Source: Candidatus Thorarchaeota archaeon (GTDB lineage Archaea > Asgardarchaeota > Thorarchaeia > Thorarchaeales > Thorarchaeaceae). Taken from it: a stretch of DNA of 64,000 nucleotides. The notes beneath the pieces are model-generated. The model was not told where the DNA came from. It saw only the letters and a list, made by a program, of their open reading frames with translations, and ran no database searches. The stretch covers positions 96,001-160,000 of the forward strand of contig JBHLRS010000002.1 in assembly GCA_048882325.1 (NCBI GenBank), read 5' to 3'. The translations under genes and the position numbers were made by a program. This document shows positions 9,035 through 18,258 of the stretch, piece after piece (position 1 is the stretch's first letter; every line of letters starts with the position of its first letter).

Positions 9035-11725
9035 TTGGACACCAGCGGATGGAGACGAGAATTAGACAAACTCGCTGAACTAAAAGGAATCCTAGTTTCA
9101 GTAAATCCTGCGATGGAGGAACAGGCGGACCGTCAGGTGCGTCAGCTATATGACATCTTTGCAAACTTGACTAAGATGGATAATGACCTAGCCACAGCAG
9201 GATTTATGAAAAAGAGAAAAGTTCAAGCTCAGGTCGAAAAGACAGCCAATGATCTTGAAACCGACTTCATGAGAGTGACTCGAGATTTTGCAGAGTATTT
9301 CCGAAAGGAACACAAAGATACTCTAGCAATAGCTCCTAAGATACAAGCTCTCAAACCCAAAGAAGTTCAAGGAATATCCACACTGAATTTTCCGGGTATT
9401 GGAGCAGGAGATCTCAAGGACTTTGAGAAGCTGCACGAATTTGCAAAGGCTTTCTCACAGCTATATCTTGTCATTCATGAAGATGTTGCCAGAGATGTTA
9501 AATCAACCTTAGATGAGAACAAGGCTACCGTTGACACCTACGAGCGTCATATTACGATTGACAAGAGTGAGGTTTCAACTACTGTGTCAAACGATGATGT
9601 CGCGGGGTTGTCGCTTCGAGATCTAATCATTCTGAACGACAAACTTCAGAGTGACAGAGAATTTCTTGATGGAAGGAAAGATGAAGTAACCCAACTACTT
9701 AGTTCATCACTGGTTGGCTCAGTCGAGTCCCTGCAGGCATCTGTAGAGACCACAGCTAGATTGGGTCTTGAATTACCAATGGAACTTTCACAGGAACTTA
9801 GACTGATTGCCAGGGATGCCTCCAAGGCAAACACGCTGACTGCACTTGTTGCCCTTGAGAATCAGCTACACACTGCACAGATCAAGGTAGCAAATGCACT
9901 CCGTGACAAGATTGTTAACATTAAACATGAGGTAACTACAAAGATTGTCGAAGGTGGTATCCCAACTACAGCTGATGTCATCCCAACACCACCAAATGTA
10001 AGTGTTGAAGGAGACCAAATTGCACCGCTCTTGTCTAGCTATCAGCGTATGGTTGAGTGGCAAGGACAAGTGAGGATTGCTCTCAGAGAGCGATTATTCG
10101 AACTCCTGGATGATGTTGAGAAAGCGACAGAAGCTGCAGACGATGCAGGTATTACAGACGTTGTTGCAGTCCGTCAATTCATCGCAGAATCCAAGAAAGC
10201 TCTGAAGACAGAAGATATTGATGGCATGGTGAGAGTCTACCTCCAAGCCAAAGCGATGGATGATGAGTACCGCAAGAATATCACCGAGAGTATTCGGAAC
10301 TACCTCTCTAGATTCAACGAACTTGCAACATCAGCAGATAGAGTTCTGGACCATGCTCAACTGAGTAAAAAAGCTCCGAAGGTCGAAGAGCTTGAAGGTG
10401 GTATTGTCTACCTGCTTGGATCACTACAGAGTCTTCGCGGAGCAGTTGAGAGTGGAGTCGCAACATTTCGTGAGGCTTGTCAACAAGAGATTGACGCAAT
10501 AGTGCATGATCTACAAACTGTCAAGCCAGCATATGCGGAGATATTCATGCCTATAATCGTCGAGCTAGATGAGGGTTCAAACAGAATCCAGGCCATGGAT
10601 GATTTCTCAGAGATTAAGTCTGAAATGCGATCTATCAAGGATGGGATTCTCGTAAAGGCACAAGATGCGCTTGAAAACCTACGATACCGACTTGGTGTAA
10701 AGATCAGACTAGCAGCTGCGAAGCTGATGGGTGCAGGAGTGGAGATTCCGCCAGAAGCACAGGAAGCTATCAGTGAGCTGAACAGCGTAGGTGTAGCAGC
10801 AGACAATGTGTTCAGCTTACCCGCTATCGCACGAAAGATGGTCGAAATCTATGAGAAGAAGATCCAAGACAAAATCATTGAGAAACTGGGTGTCGAGGTT
10901 GATTCACTTATGACTAGTCTTGAGCGGGCTAGTAGTATTGGTGTCAAGCTCGGAAAAGAGCTGAAGATGCTTAGTGGTCTCAAGAACAAACCTCCAGTAG
11001 AGCTTGAAGAGGCAGCTGATGCGTTCGATAAACTTCAGAATCTGACAACATCTCCCAATGTTCACAAGAAAATCAGAGAGCGAGTGGATGAAGCTTACGT
11101 GCAGATCAAAGGAGCACTTTCATTGTTTGAAGAACAGGGTATGTCTGAGTTCGTCGAGCGTCTGAAGGTCCTCATTGATCAAGTACCAGCTAAACTTGAA
11201 ACTGATTCTCCACATGTGAATGAAGCACTTGATGTGTGTCTCACACTAGCAAACATTCAGGAAGAGATGTTGCAGATGATCAAGAGCATGGCTAGTAAGA
11301 GTGGAGAAACTCATGAAGTTGAGCTCAAGAAGAAAAGCCAATACTACTCAACAATCGAGAGAGTAATTGAGAAGCATCCAAAGGATTTCAGCAAGATCGT
11401 GTATGATGTAGCAATGATGAAGGAACTAGAAGAGGGTCTCACTGAAGCTTCCGATTTGGATGTGGCTATTGCTAATTTCCACAAACTTGGAGATATGAGG
11501 AAAGAATGGCTTGACAAAGCAGTTTCAATGGATGATTGGCACAAGTCACTTCGAATGTTCATGACTGGCTTTAGCCCAGCTGACAAGCCAGATGTACGTG
11601 ACAAGTTCATTGATGATGCAATAAGGAAAATAAGAGAGACCTATAGTCGAGAGGACATCAGATCGTACCTCAGCTGGGCTATCAAAGAAAGCGCTCAGGC
11701 TTTGGTCGATTCAAGAACGAAATAG
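9035..11725 (+). CDS. 896-aa all-alpha rod-like protein with ~65-aa helical repeats, unknown function
   Basis: Long ORF with a GGAGG SD before TTG, E/K/L/A-rich heptad character, no TM segment or P-loop seen. Confidence 0.85.
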   Translation: MDTSGWRRELDKLAELKGILVSVNPAMEEQADRQVRQLYDIFANLTKMDNDLATAGFMKKRKVQAQVEKTANDLETDFMRVTRDFAEYFRKEHKDTLAIAPKIQALKPKEVQGISTLNFPGIGAGDLKDFEKLHEFAKAFSQLYLVIHEDVARDVKSTLDENKATVDTYERHITIDKSEVSTTVSNDDVAGLSLRDLIILNDKLQSDREFLDGRKDEVTQLLSSSLVGSVESLQASVETTARLGLELPMELSQELRLIARDASKANTLTALVALENQLHTAQIKVANALRDKIVNIKHEVTTKIVEGGIPTTADVIPTPPNVSVEGDQIAPLLSSYQRMVEWQGQVRIALRERLFELLDDVEKATEAADDAGITDVVAVRQFIAESKKALKTEDIDGMVRVYLQAKAMDDEYRKNITESIRNYLSRFNELATSADRVLDHAQLSKKAPKVEELEGGIVYLLGSLQSLRGAVESGVATFREACQQEIDAIVHDLQTVKPAYAEIFMPIIVELDEGSNRIQAMDDFSEIKSEMRSIKDGILVKAQDALENLRYRLGVKIRLAAAKLMGAGVEIPPEAQEAISELNSVGVAADNVFSLPAIARKMVEIYEKKIQDKIIEKLGVEVDSLMTSLERASSIGVKLGKELKMLSGLKNKPPVELEEAADAFDKLQNLTTSPNVHKKIRERVDEAYVQIKGALSLFEEQGMSEFVERLKVLIDQVPAKLETDSPHVNEALDVCLTLANIQEEMLQMIKSMASKSGETHEVELKKKSQYYSTIERVIEKHPKDFSKIVYDVAMMKELEEGLTEASDLDVAIANFHKLGDMRKEWLDKAVSMDDWHKSLRMFMTGFSPADKPDVRDKFIDDAIRKIRETYSREDIRSYLSWAIKESAQALVDSRTK

Positions 11726-11737
11726 GAGTAACATACA

Positions 11738-13132
11738 ATGTTCGGAAGCAGTCCCCCCAAAGCTCCCATTGAGGATGATACAACAAAAGCAGCAGAAGTC
11801 TTCGCCATCGGAATTGGTGAGTGTGGTTCAAACATAGTCGGTTCTTACCTTCAGACTAGTAGAGATAAGAAACTGCCATCAAGAGTCAGAGGTTACTTGC
11901 TCATTAACACGGATCGAGCAGACCTTACCAAGGTGCGACAGAAATATGGCATTCCAAAAGAACACACTCTCCTCTATGGTGCAAGCGAGATTGGTGTCGG
12001 TGGTCGTTTCATGGATGGGTATAATGCCATCATGGAGTCCAAGGACATCATCTTCGATCAGCTCGGAAACCTAGGATTCGAGGGTGTTTCAGGATTTTGT
12101 ATCTTCACTAGCCTAGGTGGAGGTACTGGTTGTGGAGGAACACCTGCACTCATTGAGCTCTTGAAACAGAGATTCCAAGAAGAAGAAGGTCGTAGGATCT
12201 TCGTTTATGTTGTCGGAATCTTACCATTCGAAGGGCAATCCAGCGAGGCCCTGAACTCAATCTGGGCTGTTTCAAAACTACTCAGAGCTCAGCTCCAAGA
12301 ACGAGGAGCAGACCTTACTATTCTTCTCTCAAACAGGACAATGCTCAAGAGAATACTTCAATGGCGGAGAGGGGATACTGTAGACTATCTCCAGAGGGAG
12401 CTTGAGGTCGACATAGCTGACATAGACTCAATTGAAACAATGGTTCCATCAACACTTGAGGAAAGTTCAGCAGCAGATACTAGGACCGAACAAGCTTTCG
12501 TTGAACTGGTCAATCCGCTGGCACTGGATGTTGTGGAAGCAATGCTCTCACCCGGTGTATGGGAAAAATCAAAGGATGTCTTTCCAACAACTGACCTCGC
12601 AGACTACGCTAGAAAACTGGATCCCGTAGTAGTTCCAGCCCTCTATACGGATATTGGCTTGATTCCTGATGCAGGAAGTATGCCTAAACAGCTAAGGACA
12701 ATGATTGACTACGCTGTGAAGGAGTGCTCCTATGCTGATGTTGGTGAAGAGCCTAATGCTGAGAGTGTTTATTATGTGCTCTCTGGGCCAAGACATGTAG
12801 CTAAAGCAGAATACGGTATGCACGTCAAGGAATCATTAGACAAGTTCATTGCGCCAGGTGCAGCGATTACACCATGCTATGTGCAATATCATGATCAAGA
12901 TGACTCGAATACAAACCTACTCCTTCTACTCGGTTTACCAAAGATTCCAGAACTTGTGCAAATCATTAACGAAGCTACTCAGCTTGTTAACTTGCACAGT
13001 GGTGCCTCGCCTTTGAAGCAGGGATGGTTCATGAGATCGAAGGGTACTACCCGGAAGGAACTGGTCGATGCAATCAACGACTTTCGAGAGTTGTTCAGCT
13101 ATTACATGACGCCTGGTGACACAATGGAATAG
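11738..13132 (+). CDS. Divergent tubulin/FtsZ-superfamily GTPase (CetZ/tubulin-like, not canonical FtsZ)
   Basis: T1 GIGECGSNI, T2 INTD, T3 GVGG, T4 GFCIFTSLGGGTGCGG, T5 ILPFEG, T6 LLSN, T7 TTDLADY. AGGAG SD upstream. Confidence 0.92.
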   Translation: MFGSSPPKAPIEDDTTKAAEVFAIGIGECGSNIVGSYLQTSRDKKLPSRVRGYLLINTDRADLTKVRQKYGIPKEHTLLYGASEIGVGGRFMDGYNAIMESKDIIFDQLGNLGFEGVSGFCIFTSLGGGTGCGGTPALIELLKQRFQEEEGRRIFVYVVGILPFEGQSSEALNSIWAVSKLLRAQLQERGADLTILLSNRTMLKRILQWRRGDTVDYLQRELEVDIADIDSIETMVPSTLEESSAADTRTEQAFVELVNPLALDVVEAMLSPGVWEKSKDVFPTTDLADYARKLDPVVVPALYTDIGLIPDAGSMPKQLRTMIDYAVKECSYADVGEEPNAESVYYVLSGPRHVAKAEYGMHVKESLDKFIAPGAAITPCYVQYHDQDDSNTNLLLLLGLPKIPELVQIINEATQLVNLHSGASPLKQGWFMRSKGTTRKELVDAINDFRELFSYYMTPGDTME

Positions 13133-13148
13133 AATCGGTGGTGACAGA

Positions 13149-14216
13149 TTGTCGGACTCCTCATCATTTCACTACGAAGACCTCATTGATAGACTTCTTC
13201 TTATAGTCACACTGAATTCAACTTTAATCCATTTCCTCCTGAGCTCACAGGTGGAGGAATCAATTGATCCAGACAGAGTGGATTCGCTCACTCAAGGTCT
13301 ACTTAGAACGCGAAAATGGATGGAAGAAGCCACCACGATGAAGGGCATTCCGCCTTCCACTCAGAATATCATGAGTCTCATTGTGAAGCGTCTTTCGCAG
13401 GTTGAGAGTCTTCTACCCAAACTATCAAACAAAGCAAAACAAATCGAATCCAGATCAGCAGCGCAGGAGATTCTTTCCTTGCTTGATGGGAAAGAAGCCC
13501 CATCAGGAACTCCAGCCCCCTCAGGAACAGCTGCACAGACCACTGAAACGGATCTAGTTCCTCTAGTTGGTGGCGAACAACCCAAATCCGTGGAACCTTA
13601 TCGAAAAGTCGATGTTGAAGATGACCAGTTTGGTCTGATTGGTCAAAGTCAGCGATTGATCCAACAATACTCAAAGAGATGTCATATCCTACTTCCGACC
13701 TTTTGGCTGGAGTCTTTACGAGAAATCCATCGCTATAGATCGGAATCACCCTACCTCGGAGATGTGATTGAACTTCCAGCACGTATCTTGGTCAAGATTG
13801 CCAAAGGATTACTGACAGAGGCCCCTGGCGCTCGTCTCCTTCAGGACCTCATGAAGTCTCGCCAACAAGAGAACTACTTGAATGGGTCAGAGATGGAGAG
13901 AATCGAACGGGCAGTTGCAAAGTATTTCCAGGGTGTCGAGTCCGTACTTAAGGAACAGGAGGTAAATGTCCAGGACAAGATTCTAGAGGCACAAACAGCC
14001 TTTGATGGGTTCGGTTGGGGTGGCCCAGAGTTGGAGAAACGCATCATCAAGAGGTTGAATCAGCAGGTGGAGGAAGCTATTCAGAATGCTGAATCCGGCA
14101 CCGACCCGGCACGTCAGGTAATTCATGCTGAGATAGCCAAGTTGCTGTGCAAGCTGCAACATGCTCTCCTGGCTGAACCAAGACCTAGAGAAATTCTCGC
14201 ACAAATGAAACCTTGA
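13149..14216 (+). CDS. Hypothetical alpha-helical protein, third gene of the tubulin-like operon
   Basis: The ORF track starts at 13116. TTG 13149 follows a GGTGGTGA SD 16 nt after the GTPase stop. Two helical regions are joined by a P/S/G/T linker (APSGTPAPSGT). Confidence 0.75.
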   Translation: MSDSSSFHYEDLIDRLLLIVTLNSTLIHFLLSSQVEESIDPDRVDSLTQGLLRTRKWMEEATTMKGIPPSTQNIMSLIVKRLSQVESLLPKLSNKAKQIESRSAAQEILSLLDGKEAPSGTPAPSGTAAQTTETDLVPLVGGEQPKSVEPYRKVDVEDDQFGLIGQSQRLIQQYSKRCHILLPTFWLESLREIHRYRSESPYLGDVIELPARILVKIAKGLLTEAPGARLLQDLMKSRQQENYLNGSEMERIERAVAKYFQGVESVLKEQEVNVQDKILEAQTAFDGFGWGGPELEKRIIKRLNQQVEEAIQNAESGTDPARQVIHAEIAKLLCKLQHALLAEPRPREILAQMKP

Positions 14217-14305
14217 ATCTGTCGAGGTGTGTATAGAAGCATTCGCATGCATAGCCCATATAAGGGATGTTTACAACCCACATCAAAGACACACGAGGGT
14301 GACAG

Positions 14306-15712
14306 ATGACCGGTCTCAAGACTATGTTAAATCCCAAGGTGACTGCTGTGGTTGGTGTGTCCACAACCAATCCCTTCAGTCCTGGAAATGTGATCTTCAG
14401 AAAACTGGCCTTTGAGAATGGACTCCCCACACATCCTGTCAACCCAAAGGGAGGTACAGTTGAAGGAGTCCATGTCTATAGATCAATCACTGAAGCTCCT
14501 GATGATATCGAACTTGCTGTGATTTCAGTTCCAGCTAGATATGTCCCCGGAGTATTAACAGAATGTGGAGAGAAGAAGATTCGGTCGGTCATTGTTGTAT
14601 CAGGTGGGTTTAGTGAGGTTGGAGAATCAGGAGCTAGTCTTCAGACTGAGATTGTCGAGATAGCTAATAGATACAAGATATCGATGGTAGGTCCAAACTG
14701 CATTGGTGTGTTTGTTCCTGATGTTCTTGATACTTTCTTTCTACCCTCAGAACGTGTAGCTCGTCCTAGAAAGGGAAGTGTTGCAATAATTTCGCAAAGT
14801 GGAGGTTGGTTGATTGAGAGGCTGGAAGAATTCGCAGCAAGAGATGTAGGTATAGCCGCTGCGATATCAATAGGGAACTCTGCTCAGACTAAGGTCACAG
14901 ACTTCATCAATCTATTTGGTAAGGATGACTGTGTTCATGTGATTTTGGCCTATATTGAGGGATTTGGCAATGGTGAAGGGAGAACATTTGTCGAAGCATG
15001 CGAAAAAATTGTTCCGAAGAAGCCAGTTATTGTTTTGAAAGGAGGCGAGTCCGAAGCTGGTCATCGTGCAACTCAGAGTCATACTTCGTCTCTTGCTGGA
15101 GATAATGCTATCACAAATGCCGCATTCAATCAATTTGGTGTGATCCACGCTGTGGATGAAGATGAGGTAATGGCATTTTCTAAAGTTTTCTCGTTCAAGC
15201 CGAAACATATGTCAGGCCCAAGAATAGGGACCTTAACTGTAAGTGGTGGACATGGAGTGATAGCTAGTGATGAAGCATCACATTATGGCCTCAAAATGCC
15301 TCCATTCAGCAAGGAGCAACAAGAGCTAATGCGAGAGGTCATGACTCCAGCCTATCAAGGAATTGCATCGTTCCGCAATCCCTGTGACCTGACAGGTAGT
15401 GCATCGGATATAGATTATGAACAGGTCCTCGACAAAATGCTAGAATTCGAGACTATTGATGCTGCACTTCTTCTGTTGCTACCTTATGCACCAGGAATCT
15501 CTCTTCAAATCGGAGCGAGAGTTGCCAATGTTGCAAAACGTCACACGAAGACTGTCGTTTCCTATGTACCAGACCTCGACAAGTATGAAGTAATAATTCG
15601 AGGATTCGAGCTGAATGGTATTCCAGTAGGTGACACTATAGAAGAGGCTGTTCAAATGCTCAATGGAATCAGAATTCGGTCCAAGTATCTACAGCGCATA
15701 GGAAAGATCTAG
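14306..15712 (+). CDS. acdA: ADP-forming acyl-CoA synthetase alpha subunit
   Basis: CoA-binding domain (PVNPK, SGGFSE, GPNCIG), SQSGG, phospho-His SHTSSLAG, NPCDLTG. Confidence 0.85.
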   Translation: MTGLKTMLNPKVTAVVGVSTTNPFSPGNVIFRKLAFENGLPTHPVNPKGGTVEGVHVYRSITEAPDDIELAVISVPARYVPGVLTECGEKKIRSVIVVSGGFSEVGESGASLQTEIVEIANRYKISMVGPNCIGVFVPDVLDTFFLPSERVARPRKGSVAIISQSGGWLIERLEEFAARDVGIAAAISIGNSAQTKVTDFINLFGKDDCVHVILAYIEGFGNGEGRTFVEACEKIVPKKPVIVLKGGESEAGHRATQSHTSSLAGDNAITNAAFNQFGVIHAVDEDEVMAFSKVFSFKPKHMSGPRIGTLTVSGGHGVIASDEASHYGLKMPPFSKEQQELMREVMTPAYQGIASFRNPCDLTGSASDIDYEQVLDKMLEFETIDAALLLLLPYAPGISLQIGARVANVAKRHTKTVVSYVPDLDKYEVIIRGFELNGIPVGDTIEEAVQMLNGIRIRSKYLQRIGKI

Positions 15713-15713
15713 A

Positions 15714-16844
15714 CTAGATGCCACTTGCAACTTTTTGATAGTCAATCCCAAGAGACATCAAGGATTGTACAAGCTTGCCACTCAGTATGAGTTGCTTTGA
15801 TGAAAGTTCCTCCACCTTTTGAGACCCTGTGAGATACATGGCAACACGAAGACCTTCGAGGAATCGTTCAAGTTCAACCACAACGTCTAGTGAAGATCCA
15901 TAAACCGCCTGTCTGAGAAGAGGATGAGCAATTCCAGCTGCTGTTGCTCCTAGAGCAAGTGCCTTGGCAATGTCGAGGCCATTTCTTATTCCCCCTGTAG
16001 CAATGACATCAAGTTCTGTGGAATCTAGAACCATTATAACGCTCAGCGCTGTAGGTATTCCCCAGTCCCAGAACTCAAGTCCTAGTTGGGCTTTAAGATC
16101 GTCGTCTTCCTTTTGAGCGCGGAAATATTCTACTCCAGCCCAACTAGTACCCCCAACACCACCGACATCAATCCCTACGATACCAACCTCTTCGAGCCTC
16201 TTAGCAACATCACCCGAGATCCCTGCACCTGTTTCTTTGATTATGACTGGGATGTCAACCGAGTCCACAATAGCAGCAATGCTTTCTAACGCCCCCTCAG
16301 AGTTGCAATCACCCTCTGGCTGAATTGCCTCTTGAAGAGGGTTGAGATGCACAGCTAAAATGTCAGCATCAATCATAGAAACTGCATCAGGTGCAGATGT
16401 GACATGAGTCGCACCTATGTTCGCAATGACAGGAACAGAGGGAGCTGATTCTCTCACAATCGTGAAGGTGTCTGCAAGGGACGGATCTTCAACAGCAGCT
16501 CGTTGGCTCCCGACGCCTATAGGTAAGCCCAGCTCCTCAGCTGCATTTGCTAATCGTTGATTAACGCTCTTGGTCTTTGGGTGCCCTCCAGTCATCGCTG
16601 CAATGACTAGTGGTGCGCTCGCTCGCAGTCCAAAGAAATTGATGTTTAGATCAATTCTGTCTTTATCAATCTCGGGCAATGCATTGTGAATGAAATCTAT
16701 GTCCTCAAACATTGTTGACCGCTGACACTGAACCTCTTCATCAAGGCAGATCTCGATATGTTCGATTTTTCTACGTTTTGTCATGGATGCTTCAGATACA
16801 TCATCATCAACATCGGAATCATCTAACGGCCTTCCTTCAACCAT
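15714..16844 (-). CDS. fni: Type 2 isopentenyl-diphosphate delta-isomerase
   Basis: RKIEHI, HNALPE, AMTGG, GVGSQR, HLNPLQEAIQPEGD, KETGAG, GGTSW, WDWGIPT, GGIRNG. Confidence 0.95.
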   Translation of the reverse strand: MVEGRPLDDSDVDDDVSEASMTKRRKIEHIEICLDEEVQCQRSTMFEDIDFIHNALPEIDKDRIDLNINFFGLRASAPLVIAAMTGGHPKTKSVNQRLANAAEELGLPIGVGSQRAAVEDPSLADTFTIVRESAPSVPVIANIGATHVTSAPDAVSMIDADILAVHLNPLQEAIQPEGDCNSEGALESIAAIVDSVDIPVIIKETGAGISGDVAKRLEEVGIVGIDVGGVGGTSWAGVEYFRAQKEDDDLKAQLGLEFWDWGIPTALSVIMVLDSTELDVIATGGIRNGLDIAKALALGATAAGIAHPLLRQAVYGSSLDVVVELERFLEGLRVAMYLTGSQKVEELSSKQLILSGKLVQSLMSLGIDYQKVASGI

Positions 16845-16991
16845 CGCAGTATCACCGATTGTGAACTAGATTGAATGAAAGTACAGATAGGAGTTGTGGT
16901 CGGGGTTCAAAAGCATCAATGATTCAATTTGTTGCGTGATGCGAAGACTTTATTCACGGACTAGACTCAAACGCAGGTTAGTGTGGTGCCC

Positions 16992-17540
16992 ATGGCTGAC
17001 GAGGAAAAGATCCGAGTTGAAACTCCTGATGAGGATGAAGTTGCTGAAGAGAGAAAAGGTCTCCTCAGGCCACTACCCTCTGCTGAAGAACCTAAATACT
17101 CCAAGGGAAAGGAACGTCCCCAACCCATTGTCAGGGTCCTTGGCATTTCAATGAGAGAAAAAAGAAAAGACCTATTGATGCTTATTTTGATTCCAGCTAT
17201 GGTAGCTCTCATTGACACGACCATCTATTCCTTTGTAGTCACGGCATCAGTAGAAAGCTCCGCTCTGTTTCTATTCTTCCTACCTGCGATTATCGCTATT
17301 CCAATAGGACTAACATCCTCAGAAGCTGGAAGCGCACTAATTGGAGGTTTTTTGGGAGCAATTTTCTTCCTGATATTTATCATCACATTCCTAGCATCAC
17401 CAGCGATAATTGTCCCTCATTTAGGACTTGGTAATTTCATAGTAAGTGGATTTGCAATCTCACTTGCTTACTTCATACTTATGACCCTTGCAACGGTGCT
17501 TGGTTCAGTGATCGGTATAATCATTCGCGAATTCTTCTGA
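16992..17540 (+). CDS. Hypothetical 4-TM membrane protein
   Basis: Charged N-terminus followed by four hydrophobic segments. Confidence 0.75.
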   Translation: MADEEKIRVETPDEDEVAEERKGLLRPLPSAEEPKYSKGKERPQPIVRVLGISMREKRKDLLMLILIPAMVALIDTTIYSFVVTASVESSALFLFFLPAIIAIPIGLTSSEAGSALIGGFLGAIFFLIFIITFLASPAIIVPHLGLGNFIVSGFAISLAYFILMTLATVLGSVIGIIIREFF

Positions 17541-17644
17541 GTTCAAAATGAAAACAATACCTCCCAAACCTCGATAAAGCACACCCAGTGGCCATCTCCT
17601 CTGAGCGTAGATTATATTAGTGGCATTCTTTTTGGTACGTTCGC

Positions 17645-18253
17645 ATGAAGCGGATAGGCGTCCTCATTAGTGGACGTGGCTCTAATCTTCAGGCATTGAT
17701 TGACGCTCAGGCTCGGGGAGAACTGGGTGGCGAAATAGTCATAGTTTTGAGTAACAAAAGTAACGCACTTGGTCTTGAAAGAGCTCGAAAAGCAGGGATT
17801 CCCACAGAAGTGGTAACTAAAAACCTTCATCCGGACCGAGAGAAATTTGACAGATATGTGATGCAAGTTCTTGATGAATACAAAGTGGAACTTGTGGTAC
17901 TCGCAGGATTCATGCGCATCCTGAGCGATATTTTTGTGAAATCATACACTAACAAGATAATCAATGTTCATCCCTCACTACTCCCATCATTCAAAGGTGT
18001 GAAGGCACAATGGCAAGCAATCGAACATGGTGTCAAGATTGCTGGATGTTCCACACACTTTGTGACTAGTGAAATGGATGATGGACCAGTTATTCTTCAG
18101 AAATCAGTACCTGTTTTTGAGGATGACACAGGGGATTCACTTGCTAGTAGGATACTACCCCTTGAGCATTCAATTTTGGTGAGTTCGGTCCGCCTGTTTT
18201 GCGAGGAACGGCTTCGTGTCGATGGGAGGAGAGTAAGAATCATAGAGAGTTGA
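17645..18253 (+). CDS. purN: Phosphoribosylglycinamide formyltransferase (folate-dependent)
   Basis: ISGRGSNLQA, LAGFMRIL, NVHPSLLP, MDDGPVI. Confidence 0.95.
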   Translation: MKRIGVLISGRGSNLQALIDAQARGELGGEIVIVLSNKSNALGLERARKAGIPTEVVTKNLHPDREKFDRYVMQVLDEYKVELVVLAGFMRILSDIFVKSYTNKIINVHPSLLPSFKGVKAQWQAIEHGVKIAGCSTHFVTSEMDDGPVILQKSVPVFEDDTGDSLASRILPLEHSILVSSVRLFCEERLRVDGRRVRIIES

Positions 18254-18258
18254 TGAGA

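Noticed and set aside
9035-11725. SMC/Rad50, dynamin or chemoreceptor
   Set aside because: No Walker A/B, GTPase motifs, TM helices or MCP hairpin signature.
11738-13132. Calling the GTPase ftsZ, cetZ or a bona fide alpha/beta-tubulin
   Set aside because: It lacks FtsZ GGGGxN and NxDFAD and the tubulin MREI/DLEP/NNWAKG motifs. Features are mixed, so no gene symbol is given.
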